From NCBI GenBank assembly GCA_965645245.1, contig OZ287077.1:744001-808000 (forward strand): DNA of 64,000 nt, written 5' to 3'. This stretch comes from Massalongia carnosa. Lineage: Eukaryota. Both the position numbers and the translations under genes were made by a program. The notes beneath the pieces are model-generated. The model did no database searches, was not told where the DNA came from, and worked only from the letters and a program-made list of their open reading frames with translations. Of this stretch, positions 13,374-27,000 are shown piece after piece; positions within the stretch are counted from its first letter, which is position 1, and each line of letters starts with the position of its first letter.

Positions 13374-14888
13374 ATGGATACCCCTAATGGGATTGTGCCG
13401 ATGACCACTCCGGCGTTACAACCGCCTGAGGGTGTGACGCCAAATTTTGTTAACCCAGAAAATTTCCATACAGCTATCATAGGGACTATCGTGGTGTGCA
13501 TTGCTCTTACGACATGTCTGGCGTGTACACGGATGTACACGAAGCTGATTATCACTAAAACGTATGGGTGGGATGATTGTATGTTTACATGGTGATCACC
13601 AATGGTTACCGCTCTATGCTCAATACTGTTGCTGACTGACAACAGACACATACTTTATTGCTTGGGTATAGCTTCTATTCTTTGCCTCAACCGTTAGCAT
13701 TGGAGGTAGGGGCTGATAAGACGTTGCTTAGCTGGGTCTTATAGGTTACAGTGGAGTTGGCGCTGCAGGCATGAAGTATGGCAACGGAGTGCATCAATGG
13801 AATGTATCGCTTGAGGATGCCATACAATTTGGCAAGGTATGTTGCAGTACAATCAGGCGATGAGTAAGATGCGTGGCTTAAACAATCTAGTTAGCCAACG
13901 CAAACGAAGTTTACTACGCCCTTTTGATCTTCATGACGAAGCTCTCAATATTACTGCAATACCTACGAATATTTGTGCCTACTAAGCAAGGCAAGGCCTA
14001 TTACGCTGCTCTGTTTCTCATATGGTCGAACCTGGTTTGCTACCTTGTTATTGCCTTTTCGGCATTTTTTCAGTGTACACCGAGACGAAAAATCTGGGAG
14101 CCCTACATTCCCGGGCATTGTCTTAACTTTGGTGCCATACTCGTCTCCGGTGCCGTTCTCAACATAATTTCCGACTTTTTGCTTCTAGCTCTACCTCTAA
14201 TCTCCATATGGCGGCTGCAGATGGCAACGAAACATAAATTCGGGATATCGGCGGTATTTGCCATTGGTTTTTTGTATGCCGTCGAACATTTCTGGAGCGG
14301 AAACGTTGGGGCTAACCACCAACAGTGCATGCATCTCAAGTATTATGCGTTTAGTCCTAAGCGTGCATGCTAATCGAAGCAAGGACTCCACTTGGGATCT
14401 CGTCACAGTGTATCTCTGGACGTAAGAAACACCCCCCCTTCTCTCCCCCCCCCCCCAGATCCTCCTGAAGCTCAAATCGTTGGCCTGCCCCCTTCAGCGT
14501 GGCGGAGATTACCAGCGGGCTCATCTGCGGCTCCCTCCCCGTCCTTCCGCAATTCTTCCGCCACTCAATCCCTAGAATCACCAGTATCTTCACCTCCAGC
14601 TCTCAGCAGAAGTCGGCGCCGCAAGGGACACCAAACCGCGCATACGCCGGGTCCACACCCAAGAAGCCGTCGGCGGGGGCGTGGCACGATCTGCGCGACA
14701 TGCGTACCCCGGGCGCGCCGTACGTCGAGTTCGACAAGTCGGAAACGCAAGCGCTCGCGAAGACGAGAGCGTCGGCTGATATCAGAGGCGCGCCGCCTAC
14801 ACCGCCGGGCAAGGGTGGGGGAAACCCGTGGGACGGACCGATTGTCAGGCAGACGGATTTGGAAAGCGGGGCGTCGGCGAGCGATTGA
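13374..14888 (+). CDS. PTH11-like (fungal rhodopsin-domain) integral membrane protein, multi-exon
   Basis: PPEGVTPNFVNP, RMYTKL..YGWDD, GVHQWNV, TKLSILLQYLRIF, CTPRRKIW, SDFLLLALPL..IWRLQM, AEITSGLICGSLP. Confidence 0.88.
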
Positions 14889-15678
14889 CAATCCAAAAGG
14901 AGCATACCTTGATATGTGGATCAGAGTAGGGTAACCACTTAGGTGGGCTAGTGGTTGTAAACTATAGTGCTGGCGATGGAATAAGCCATGTATTGATTGA
15001 CTAGGTGTATGTATTTACGGAGGAGATGGCAAGGGATTCTATGTGTATAGATAGTGGAATAGGTAGCATTGTATCTACGTACATATCCTGCTTTTAGATA
15101 TCAATGAAGGGTACCTTCTCGCCTACTTGATATCTTGTCTCTACCAATGCAAGTAGGTACGTACCAAGCCCCTTTCCTATCCCACACCACTCCTCACAGT
15201 CAGTCGGTCACTGTTAATTACCTCTCCGGGTTAGGTGCTCCTGAAGTGCCATCCACCACAAAAATTGCACGTGACTATCACCTACACACTTTACCCCCTT
15301 CCGGGACGATTTCCAGATGTCAGTTAGATATAGTTCGTCTACCTAATAGTAGATATCAATCCATCCATCGAATCAAGAACCGCCCAATCAACTTAACCGG
15401 ACTGTGACCCTCAGATTTTTCGCATTAGTGGAGGGCTTGGCTAACTAACTAGATCGGATCTGGGAGTTGATGCGATTCCCTGCCTTGTGCCTACTCTATA
15501 CGGAGCACAGAGTATACGCCGCACGTATGTAGGTATGGACAGCTCGTTGGTTGGTTGGATCCTTTGGCAAGGCGCAATACGTAGGTCTTGAACACTGGTT
15601 TCCTGGAATTGTTGATTGACCGTCCTGCCTCACTAGGTATTTGAGTACAGAGGGATCCGTGGGTAGCTAGCTAGCTGT

Positions 15679-15738
15679 TGGAATGTTTTCTTCCCTGGGT
15701 AACATGGAATGTTTTCTTCCCTGGGTAACATGGAATGT
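15679..15738. repeat. 26-bp tandem repeat, 2.3 copies
   Basis: TGGAATGTTTTCTTCCCTGGGTAACA twice, then TGGAATGT. Confidence 0.9.
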
Positions 15739-16027
15739 CGTAGTAGGTATATTTCTCCTGCTCTTTATTATTCGATTACTAGCTTCGTGCTTGGAAATCA
15801 ATCTATACAAATACTCCGTACGTACAGAGTATCATGTGGTTTACCGAAAGATTAACTAACCAAGTTCAGTTAACTCGGCTAGCAATTTCGCAATTCGGAG
15901 AAAAATTCCATACGAAGACGTAACGGAGTAATATATAACAGCATCCCTTACTGCGATGAGAGTCGACGACGAGGTTGAGGTATTGTACAGTATAGCGAGG
16001 TCGACCCCAATGTACTCTGTAGACTAA

Positions 16028-16097
16028 ATCGTGCCACACCACCAGTAATCGTTTTCGCTCACTAAAACGATTACTGGTACTGGTGGTGTGGCACGAT
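16028..16097. mobile_element. Near-empty, slightly degenerate copy of palindromic mini-element A
   Basis: ATCGTGCCACACCACCAGTAATCGTTTTCGCTCACTA followed by AAACGATTACTGG(TACTGG)TGGTGTGGCACGAT; matches the two outer ends of the 45778-61024 stack. Confidence 0.88.
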
Positions 16098-16433
16098 TAC
16101 CGCTTACTACCCAACCATTTCATCTGACTATCCATTTCCACTCGCTCTAGACCGCCAACAATCATGCAGTTATATGGCTATTGTCTTTTTTGACCCATTG
16201 GCGGGCCATCCCGCCTCGTGCTAATCAAGCCTTTCTTATGGACACTGTGGCGCTCCGCCCCTGAAGGGATCAGTGAATCGACCACTTGACCATTGGTATT
16301 CCATTCCACGAGCATGGTCCTCTCGCTGTCAAGGCCGACGGCTTCACATCATGCTCCTCCAGCCTAAGTTCAGTCGATGAGGCCTGTCAGATCCAAGGCT
16401 GCTTAACGTTCATTTCTCAGCATTCCCTCCATC

Positions 16434-17660
16434 ATGACGGGCATCCCCCGTTATTTCCGACGAGCAGTTCTCACCTTCGTTTTGGCGCTTTCATTTATCT
16501 GGCTATATTCGTTGCGTTACGGTGAAAAGTTCCAGCATCGCTACAACGCTTTCTCCTGTCCAGGCTACATCGCGCCCTCGATTAAGTCCAATGGGACAAC
16601 GCCAGTCGTCCCATCTGCACCCCAAACGTCGGACCACGTTGTCAAACCAGATTTTCAGCCGTCTCCTTTTGCCTATGTATTCTACGCGACAGCGCCCGAC
16701 TATGCCTGCTCCGTTCTCGTGAACATCGATCGCCTGAACAATATCTTCAACACTACCCACCGAATCATCGTCCTCGTGCGACCCGATCTCGCCTCCCAAT
16801 ACCTCACTGCCTTCACCGCCCAAAACGCTACAGTGATACCTTATGATCCCCCGAGCCTGGCCGACAACCAAGTGGACTACTACCGCGATGTCCTTTTGAA
16901 GTTGGTGGCTTTTCGTCTCCATCATTATATTCCCTCTCTCCAACGGGTTCTCATCCTCGACAGCGATCAGATCATCCTGCAATCGCTCGATCATGTTTTC
17001 CACCTCCCAGCCGTCGACGTGGCCGCCCCGTGCGCCTACTGGCTGGATAGTGGTGTCACCTCGGCTTTTCTCTTGATCAGCCTAAGCGATCGGGTGTGGA
17101 ATAAGATATCGCAATCTTTGGAAACGATCGGTCCTGATGTCTTTGATATGGATGTTATCAATGAGCTGTTCAAGAAAACACTATTGGTACTTCCTGGCGA
17201 TTATGCCACTCTCAACAGCCATTGGGAAACCAACGATGTACCGATCTGGTGGCAGGGATCCGCGCCCCCACCACCATACACACCTCCACCTCCGCCACCT
17301 CCGCCACCAGCTCCACCTGATCCTGTTACTTCTACTCCCGAGCCTCAGATAAACAGCTCAACAATCGCTACGGACCAGAAAACATCCACTAACACCGTTG
17401 AACCGCAATCCTTGAACGCCCGGCAACTGACCGATCAAGCGGGTCAAGAAGCAAAAGCATTGTATAAGGATGTGTTGGAAAAGGTGTATGCTGATGTGAA
17501 AGTCCTCCATTTCACCGCGTTGGGGAAGCCATGGTCATGGCATGCAGGTGACATTGCAGAGGTGAGACCGTTGGCGCATGAGCTCTTTATAGCGCAGTTT
17601 CAGACGTGGCAGGAAGCCTCCTTGAGAATGTGCAATCCTACCTGGAGCTTGGGAATATGA
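16434..17660 (+). CDS. Glycosyltransferase family 8 (GNT1-like), type II membrane protein
   Basis: N-terminal TM segment; FAYVFYATAPDYACSVLVN; DxD motif in LILDSDQ; DMDVIN; HFTALGKPW. Confidence 0.85.
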   Translation: MTGIPRYFRRAVLTFVLALSFIWLYSLRYGEKFQHRYNAFSCPGYIAPSIKSNGTTPVVPSAPQTSDHVVKPDFQPSPFAYVFYATAPDYACSVLVNIDRLNNIFNTTHRIIVLVRPDLASQYLTAFTAQNATVIPYDPPSLADNQVDYYRDVLLKLVAFRLHHYIPSLQRVLILDSDQIILQSLDHVFHLPAVDVAAPCAYWLDSGVTSAFLLISLSDRVWNKISQSLETIGPDVFDMDVINELFKKTLLVLPGDYATLNSHWETNDVPIWWQGSAPPPPYTPPPPPPPPPAPPDPVTSTPEPQINSSTIATDQKTSTNTVEPQSLNARQLTDQAGQEAKALYKDVLEKVYADVKVLHFTALGKPWSWHAGDIAEVRPLAHELFIAQFQTWQEASLRMCNPTWSLGI

Positions 17661-18448
17661 AGCAGGGGAATGATAATGACGAAGGAAGCGGTGGACGGTT
17701 TTGAGAAGCTTTCAAAGTCATGGCGAGAAACTTGGCGAGCAGGCAGGGTCTATGGTTATGAGTACATTTTCCGCTTGAAGCCGAGATTTCTTCTGATGCA
17801 GAAGCATATACGTATGCGCTCGAAGATTTCATCCGTGGAAAATCTCATGCAAATGCACGTTTCGCATTATTCAAGAGAACTGTTTCTATTCAACGCATCG
17901 AGCCAGCGCTCTTGCAACGCCCCCAAACCCCTCATTGGTGTTCCTTCAAAGCACCTAGCATCACGCAGCTCAAAGGCTCGAATCCACACCAAGCTACAGA
18001 GCAGCTACTTCCCCGAGCTCGAAGTTGAACCTGCCAAGAGCGCATAAAATGCCGTTCTACACACACCGTAAAATCCCGCGCAAGGCCCCATGAAATATCC
18101 CGCCAATTCACCCTTTCACACAACACAAGACGGGATGTTAATTTATAACGAACAATACTTATAGTTCCCCCCCCCCCCCACCATTCCCAGTTGACGTCAC
18201 AATATTCAAAGAAGTGGAAGAAGAAAAGAAAAAAGACCATGCCGACCAACCAAATACCTCCCTGGCGTAAAGGCGTCTCGGCTGGAGATATTGAGTTAGC
18301 CCAGCTAGATGTACGAGAAGTCGAGTGAGGGAAAATCACGAGTCCGGTTGGGGGGAAAAGAACATGATGAAGGAAATGTTTGATTATTTTTAAAGAAAAA
18401 TAACAAAAACCCTGTGAACCGTAAATCCCTTTCCATCTCCCCCCAAAC

Positions 18449-20085
18449 CTAAACAAGCCTCCCGCCAACATACCTCCCCAGCCTCCCGAAATCACCCACC
18501 AGCATCTCCCTCCCCAGCCCCTCCCTCCCGATTCTTCCCCCTTCGCCTGAAACCAACCCTTCTCCCGCTCCATTCCACATTCTCACCGCGCCCCCATGGG
18601 CCTTCCACCCCACCTTAACGCTTCTCCCCCAAAAGCCTCCATTTCCGTCCATCTCCATCCCACCCCCTTCCCCAAGCGGAACCATCTCGTCCAAATACCC
18701 CGTCTCCAACCCATACCCTGCCGCCCACGATTCCGGGATCACGAACACTTTTCCGCTGAACCGGTTCTCGAGCGCTAGGTCTGTCGTAGCGCGGAGCGCG
18801 CCCCAGCGGGCCATGGGGTCGTGGGCGTTGCAATAGTGTTCAATGTGCGGGATGCAGCACTGAGAGCGGGGGGAGGCGTCAAGACGGGGGTTGTTGAAAT
18901 GAGCGGCCGCAGAGCCGAAGGTATAGATTTCCTGGGTTTGAGTGTGTAAATAGGTTTCCGAGGATTGTTTGGGGAGTTTGATGTTTTGCTGCATGTAATG
19001 CTTTTCTTTGGAGTAGGGAGTCAAGGCATTGAAGGGGGAAACTGATGAGAATAGAGGAAGGGTATTTTACCAGTTTTGAGATAGAGCTCGTAGGCAGGTC
19101 GGCGAAGAGGTGGTCTAGGACCAGCGAAACCACCAGGCCGCCCTGGCAGTGCCCCATCAGGACGACCTTCGTAACGGTGGGGTCCTCAAGGAAGGCTCGG
19201 ACGTGGTCATAAGTAACGCGTACATCGGCCGTCGCGTAGGCGAAACACCGCTGGAGCAAGCATTCAATAAGATCCGTGATAAGCCCATGGCTGAAAGATG
19301 AGCATCGTCAGTCAAGTTCATGGCGGGGAGTTTTTGAACCTGGACTTATGGATTGGGGGGTTCCAAACCGACCTTGTATTGTGCACACCTACAATTCCTC
19401 GGCCGAAGGTCTTGGATAACCGGTCGAGGTTAGTCTGGATGCTTGCATGCCTTTCACCTAGTTAATGATAGAAGGCAAGGAACGCTGGGGGAAAGGTGGA
19501 AGACCCTGTAATGCATCCATTGACAAACATCCAGCGCTCACTTTCATGCAGATTTGCTTTCACAGTAGTTTCCTCGTCCATGTACGAATACGCCACCTTC
19601 GATCCACACATCGGCCACGCTGCGATGTAGATAGCGCAGCAGCAAAATATGGCGAGACCGATAAACATAGCGCCTGGAAAAACTAAGAAGGCGGGAACTG
19701 TGAACATAAGAATACCTAGCTCGAAAAGGAAGAGCCAACTCTGCAAAGCCATGTCTCTTATCCCTCGCCAGGAATGGTAAAGTTTCGCATTCGGGTCCAA
19801 GGTTTGGAAAAGGAGGATACGCCATGGTGCGTACTGTAACATGCTCAGGAGAGTAAGGAAATCTTGCATCAAGAGGCGGAAAGGATCCATACGGTCAACC
19901 TCTGTCGTTGTACTCGCGGGTGCGTCCATCATAGAGGGGAAGAGTTCAACAGTCTTTGCCATTGCTGCTGCGGGTAGTGGTTTTGTGGGCTTTTTTGAAG
20001 ACGCGCTTGTGAAGTGGTCCTCAGGAGGAAGTTTGTGGTTAGTAGAGTTAGGTAACTCATGATTGCTAGTGAGAAGTCCCGGCAT
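18449..20085 (-). CDS. Conserved fungal alpha/beta-hydrolase-like membrane protein, multi-exon
   Basis: ERWMFVNG, TFGRGIVGVHN, DLIECLLQRC, KVVLMGHCQGG, EIYTFGSAAAHFNNP, HIEHYCN..DPMARWG pieced from ORFs 19462-20187, 18879-19259 and 18449-19024. Confidence 0.75.
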
Positions 20086-20271
20086 GGCAGGCGCTCCAAA
20101 CGAGATTGAGTTGAGTCTTCGGTGATGGAAGCTGCGATTTGGCCAGGGTTTATCGGAAAGCAATAGGTAAAAGTAGAGGAAACCCATTCAGAGAAATCTG
20201 CTGTAAATGTTTACATCAAAGGAATGGAAATAAAGCGGAATGCTTCGATCCTGACCCCTTGCCTGAGCGCT

Positions 20272-21085
20272 TCACCAACCGAAATTCTCCACAACTTCCC
20301 CCAAAAGGTGACCAGACTGAACATTCTTCTTGTCCTCAAGGCCCTTTGTACTGAATGTAATATCGCAAGGCAGCACGTCTGATCCCGTCCTTACCACCCG
20401 TTTCCAGCCCCCGCGCTCCGTGTTAGCGGAACCTTCGGGTCTCCATTGCCACCTTTCGATCGTAACTCCATCTCCAATTTTCAATATCCCCTGACACCAG
20501 CTTCCAACTCTCACCACACAAGTCCTCTAGCTTTTGCATCCCTATCCTCAACATTTAAGGCAACACTAACGTGCTTTTCTTCGTCATCTACAATCTCAAC
20601 TTCCATATCACCCCAAAGCTCTTCATATTCACACTCGAGACCTGTAACCGGATGTTTTTGGGTTCCGCGTTCCAGAATATCTCCATTGGGTTGGGGCCAC
20701 AGGTCACCTTCATCCTCAGAAGGATTATCGCTTTTTGAATCAATCTAGTGCTCCCAAACCGAATGCTGGGGTTTGCTAATCCCGTCCTGGGTTGATCCTA
20801 GTTTTGTGTGCGATTTACCCGCGAAAGCCCATTCAATTATATTCATCGCACTGCTTTTAAGCTCTCCGTCCCCCGTGTTTTGAAGCTCGTCCTTGTAGAT
20901 TCGAATGTCAACGTAATGGGAAGTCTGAGAAGTCAACACAATGGTTGACGTTGGTTCATCTGCTTCGTCAGAAATCTACGTATATTAGCTGTAAACCATA
21001 GTTGTGATCTGAATCGGGTTGGTAGGTTAAGCATAGAACCCACCAGTCGAACATGTTTACGCCGAGTAATGGAAGGGAAAGACAT
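20272..21085 (-). pseudogene. HRI1: HRI1-family pseudogene
   Basis: Exon 1 21085-21044, intron to 20976; DEADEPTSTIVLTS..YVDIRI, WAFAG, WEH*IDS (TAG 20745-20747), YEELW, then a 2-nt frameshift near 20518 before VVRVGSWCQG. Confidence 0.82.
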
Positions 21086-22483
21086 GACACTAGTAGAATC
21101 AGTAACTAACTACCACGGCAGCAGGATGAGTGCATGTAGAATTGATTTGATTATCCCTTTATGTACGCCTGTGAGCTGTATCTACATAGGAAAACGCTAT
21201 CTTAACATGCCTATCGTGGAGCAATTACTTTATCCGCTGTAACTTGTTGTACAGAATATTGAAAAGATTCTAGCAAGTCGCTTAACTTGTTTAGCCGCGT
21301 GCTCCCTCGACCTACGTTTAACGAAGAAGGATAAAACTGCTAGAATAAGGGATATATTGAATGAGATACCGTCATCTGAATCAATCTGGAGTATCTCTCA
21401 GCGAAAGTCTTGCCGCTGCTCAGTTCTCTCTTAATATCACTACAGCCATGGGGAAAATGTTCTTCAATGTCGTGCGTTTGAGTCTTAAATCCTTGGTACT
21501 AATTTTCTTAGTGTTAGAATATTTCATAATGAATTGTGAAAGTCTTTTGTAATTTCATATCTAAAGATTGTGCACCCCTCCTGTGGCCACTACCCATTTA
21601 TCAGAAGATGAATATTACTAGAAGCGCCATCCATCAGTCAGGAAAAAAGCAAGTCGTGAGGATGATGGTTCTTGGCCTAGTCGTGCATAACAAAAATCCT
21701 GGTGATAGGCTGCTCACAGGGACTGTCTTGTAGGGACAACTGCTCTGAATCTCCTGTTCTGCAACACAGATCTCCTTCGGAGCAGATCATCTCTGATATC
21801 TCTAAGATATGACTTATTAGATTCGACCTAGAAGAAATACGGTCTTCCTGATATAATGCTGTAAGAAGAACGGATGAAACTGGGTGCTGCTACACAGTTG
21901 ACTCGGCTCATTGACATGAATGAGGTCTTATGGGCGCTGCCTACCTTCCTAACTAGTGAGTACCACAATGGCTTAAAGATGATTACTACAGCTTAAATTT
22001 CCCTAATCGGGATATAAAATGACAAAATTCGACGCGACGAGCAGCGTAACACTTACTCCTCCCATACAACACCTACTCCCGATGACGCGCCTCATGGCTG
22101 GGTATATATATTCCATCTTTCTCTCTCTTTCTCATTTTCTTTTCTTCCTTCCTACACACCACTTCCATCACCAACTTTCAACTACCACTTTTTATCTATA
22201 CTCGAAAGCTCCTGGCTTGATGCTCATTGCTCTTACTTTATGTTACTTGTACACTCGACTAACATCTTGTTTCTTCAATAGCCTTTGCTTGTCTCCATCT
22301 GCACACTTGCTTCATCGGGGTTTTTATGCTGACGAAGTAATACTGTAAGTACTTTCCATGTCTTCATCAGTATCGTCCTCATATCGCTCCTTTACACCAT
22401 CACCCTTTGTTATCATCATCTTCTATCATCATCACTCTTTATCATCATACTCTATTATCGTTATCCTCGTTCTTTATCATCAA

Positions 22484-22601
22484 CATCATCATCGTCATCA
22501 TCATCGTCATCATCATCGTCATCATCATCGTCATCATCATCGTCATCATCATCGTCATCATCATCGTCATCATCATCGTCATCATCATCGTCATCATCAT
22601 C
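22484..22601. repeat. Compound microsatellite (CATCATCATCGT)n, about 9-10 units
   Basis: Directly visible; accounts for the spurious poly-His and poly-Ile ORFs. Confidence 0.93.
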
Positions 22602-24077
22602 ACCGATACTCTCCCTTATCACTGTCCATCCTCCACCAACTCTATCTTCACTTTTACCCCTTCACCCTGTCTACAAACAGATTACTAACATCACCACCCC
22701 CACCACAGCAATCTTTGGAACCAACTTGTCTTCGGGCTTGTCTTTGTTTTTTCTTCGCGCGTAACGTAGAACGACACACATGGCAATTTGACTACATACA
22801 CGGCACTTGCACGACACACATAGCACTTGGACTACGAGGGTAGCAAGGGGACTACATACAGACCACTCGAACTTCGTAGACAGCAGTAAGGCCAAATAGG
22901 GATAGTAACGATGGGTTAATCATTGATTTTTCCCCACGGTAAGATTTGCGAGATCAGAACTGTAAAGATTAACACTACTACTGAGCATTTGCGGTTTACA
23001 GAGGGCTTTTTTCGCAATGGAGGTCAAGCTTATGGTTCTCAAACCTTGCGGTTGAAAGGTACGTTATTCTTTCTTTCTTTCGTCTGCGTGAGAAGCAATG
23101 AGCATCAAGCTCAGCACTACTACCACTACTATTTTCTTCACATGCTGCTTTGCTTTTTGCGGGTCCAGCCAACCCTTGTGCGATGCAGGTAAGTCTTCCC
23201 TCCCGAACACTGGTCTTTATGGGTTGATGGATGCAGAGAGAGGGTTTTCTGGGCGAGAGGCAGAGGTGGTTCGGTAATTAGGACTGGGTGGATAGTTGGA
23301 TAGAGAGGGTGATTTTAATTAGATGTTTGAGAGGATGAGATAAAACGAGACTTGGAGAGAGAGAGACTGGGCTATTGGATTCTTAGAGTAGTCAGCTTCG
23401 ATTCAAATCAAACTGTAATGGACAATTAACTCGAGTAAACTTCTTAACTTGGATGTTTCGCATCCACCATGCCACCCATCCGCACTTGCCTTCCGACCCT
23501 ACCTAAAGGTACTTAGCACACTCACTCGCCCAGAAAAAATTGGCTCATGCAAGGAGCATAACACCCACATGCCAACATCACGATCCTGCCTGCCCTACCT
23601 GGCTGGAACAGGACTGACTACCTCTCAAGGTTTAAACCAAAATTTGTAGAACTAGAACCCCTTGCAGCAGGAAAATACTGATACGCACGAACGGGAACAA
23701 GAGGGGAAATTTTCAACATATACAGACATATGAATCCATTTCCTTTGCCACTGCCACTTCCATTGGCCCAAACCCCCTCCTCCCCCCAGGTCCCAAAATG
23801 CGAGTCTTACCTACAATAACATATGTACAAAAAGTGGGCGCGATGTGAAAGGAAAAACCAACCTCCTTTGTTTTCCCACCCCCAACCGAGCCGGCGAATG
23901 CGATTCCGACTCCCCAACATTTATATGCCTGGCCTCTTCCTCTACCAATTCCATCCATGCGAAGGGCTCCGAGAAAACTGGCGCGATATGTTCCCAGACC
24001 ACCACCCTGTGAACCATAATCCTCCTTCCCGTCCCAGCTACCGAACCCTGAAGTTAAGCATTTTATAACGATGAAAG

Positions 24078-27000
24078 TTAAGCTGGCTCTATGCCTTGAG
24101 AAAAAGTATCCTCCATGAGTTTCAGTAGCACGGGCGGCACCGACTCATCCGTGGCACGGATGGTAATACGATAGTGCTAAAGATAACGTTTGGGGTTAGC
24201 AACGCGGCTCGAAGAATAAGGAAGATGGAAGATAAACCATGGTTTCATAATTCGGTTCTAACCGTAACAAACACCCGAACTTGCCTCCATTGCCCGTATG
24301 TAGCACACTAGCTCCTACAATGTTTTTCTCGTTCGGATCCACCCCTTTCAGAATGCCCCACCGGAACTGCTCGGCCGTCCGATACGTGAATGCATTGTCG
24401 ATCTTGCGCCCCTTCCAGGCCAAGCCGAAGACGCGCTGGGCTTCCCGAGGTGCACCTCCTATCTGGCGCCACCGCTTGAAGAAGTCGTCTGAAGATAGAT
24501 CGGCAGGATCCATGTACTTATGAGCAACGATGGGGAGCTGCAGCGTCAATGCTTGTAATGCGCCGGCGAGGTATGAAATGCGAACAGTGGGCGGATCTGG
24601 GAAGGCGGATCGAGCTTCAAACATGACTGTTTGCTGAGCCTGGGCATCGGGCTGGATGGTAGAGTCCGGGAGGCTCTTAGTGTCTACCTTTAGGGTTTCA
24701 GGGGACGGATTGTCGAGGGTGGTGGTGAAGGAGGCGATGGCTGAGGAGGAGCGATTGGTAAAGTACATGATCACGCAGCCCAGGGGGCCGCGGTATTCCA
24801 TACGTAAACCAACTTGGATTTGGCTATCTTCGTATAGTATGCCTTCCTCTTCAAAAAGTAGTCTTTTGTAGCCGTGTTCCCAGCCGGGGCTTAGATGAGC
24901 GGCACTGGCGAGATTTGGGGCTTTCGGGGCATTTTCCTTGTCCGCGTTCATGTCCAAGCCATCGAGGTCGTGCAGACCGTTGGTCTTGATGGCATCACCG
25001 TCGGTAATTGTCTTCGGACTACTGTTTGCAGCTGATACTACACCATTCGTGCCATTTACCTTTTCGGTGAACGATCTCTTCGGAGCAGAAGGCTGAGTCA
25101 GTTCAATTTCTTTGGAGGCTACATTCGCGTCTTTACCACCAACCACCCAAGTTCGCTTATCGCTGGTTCCTGCATGTTTCCCATGAAGTCTAGATAGCAG
25201 AGCAGACATACGTTCTGGGAATGGTGGCATCTCGTCACAAACAGTGCGTAGCAGATCATCGGTTGGAAGAGTGGCAAGAGTCAAGTACTCGCAAGCTCGT
25301 TGTTGAAGCTCCGAGTCTAATGTATGGCTGTATGCCTGAAAAACGTGAAGGAGCTGAGGCTTGATCTCTGGGAAAAGATTGACAAACTTGATAAAAGATG
25401 AAAGTAAGATCGCTCTGGTACTTGACGAGCATCCTGGAAGTTTGGTCTGAAGAGCGAGGAATTGCTCAATTGGACTGCATCCCTTCGTATCAGCTATCAA
25501 GTGTCCGAACTCGCCAAGAAGATATCCCCCGATCTTGACCAGGGTTTCATGGCATTGCTCTGCCTTAACGTACTCTAGGATATTTTGGGCAGCATACACT
25601 TGCAATTCTTCGTTGTTGGTGACGATCTGGATTACTCGTTGCCAAACCTCGTCACTCACATGATCACCAGCCATGGCTATAAGCCTTAACGAGATGTCAA
25701 CGTACCACTGGATGTCAGTAGCGTATTTCTCGGTCAGTATAGCAATCTTAAGAACCATCTCCTCTCGAATTGCAAAGTCTGCATTTTGCAGGTACTTCAA
25801 AAGTTCGTTGACAATGGGCTGCGAATTGGTCGGATCGCACATACTGTAGAGAAGGTCTAAAGCTTTTCGCCGCACGCTAATATCTCTGTCTCGCAATGAA
25901 GCAATTATGATATTCTGATGCCTCTTGATTGGATCTAATGTATCTGCACGAGCTGCGAAATGCGTCATTGCCTCAAGCCCAAGATATCGCACATTGGTCT
26001 CCCGTGATTGGATGAATTTGCCCAGTCTTGATGATATTTGCACCATCAAATTATGCTCTGAGTCTAAATGTATAACGAGGTTGATTGCCTCAAAAAGTAC
26101 TGCATTTTGGGCATTATTTTGTTGGACATTCTTTGGCATCAACATGGCTTCGTTCAGGATCTGTTGCAGCGACTCCCGGATCAAATTTCTCACATGAGTA
26201 TCATCTATGCTACAGTCAAAAAGGACCGCTGGACTTCATCATTGGATGGCAAACCTGATGGGTTGAAGTACTGCATCAACCTAAGAAATTTGATTTGAAC
26301 CCACGGGCAAGGCACCTTGTAGTAAAGATAGTCGGGGGCAACATCATTATCGACGACGATCCTTTTCAGCCTTTGGGCAGCTTTGACGTAAGCCCCTTTA
26401 TATTGGTCTGGCTGATCCTGAGCTAACGCCATCACCAATGATGTAACTGAAAGCGTTACTCCCATATCCGGATCATCCATCAATGAAATAATTCGTTCTG
26501 CCCACTCTTGTTGAACGATCGCCGGATGCTTCCGATACAGCCGTAACAAAGTCAAAGCCGCCTTTTTCTTGACGAATGCCTTTGATGTCCTATCACAAGT
26601 CAGCAGGGTTCTTTGGTCACATAAAATGGAACGTACGGCGATATTAACAATCTATGTACATCCCCACTTAGTGCCTCACCCATCTCTTTACCTCCTACAT
26701 TTGCAATTGCGTGGAGAGCCAAGCAATTATATAATTCATTGTGGCCCAGCAAGTCTTTCCGTATACTGTTCACCACTAGGTGGAGGAGTTCGTGTTGCTC
26801 ATGCAGGAAAAGAGTCACTGCAAGGTAACCTATTTGCTTTTCTGAGTACTTGCTTGCCGAGATAAGGTTAACAGCTTCCAGATGACCAAAGTCAACGTTC
26901 CATCCAAGGATGTATATGTACAGTAGCTTGCAGACGTATTTCTTTTTGTGATAGCCATTGAGGTTTCCATCCTTAAACTTTTGTCGGATATTTGCCAGCT

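Noticed and set aside
22358..22843. Poly-His and poly-Ile ORFs
   Set aside because: Translations of the (CATCATCATCGT)n microsatellite; no other coding evidence.
22900..23200. Splice-like signals suggesting a small or non-coding spliced transcript
   Set aside because: No coherent ORF or snoRNA boxes could be supported.
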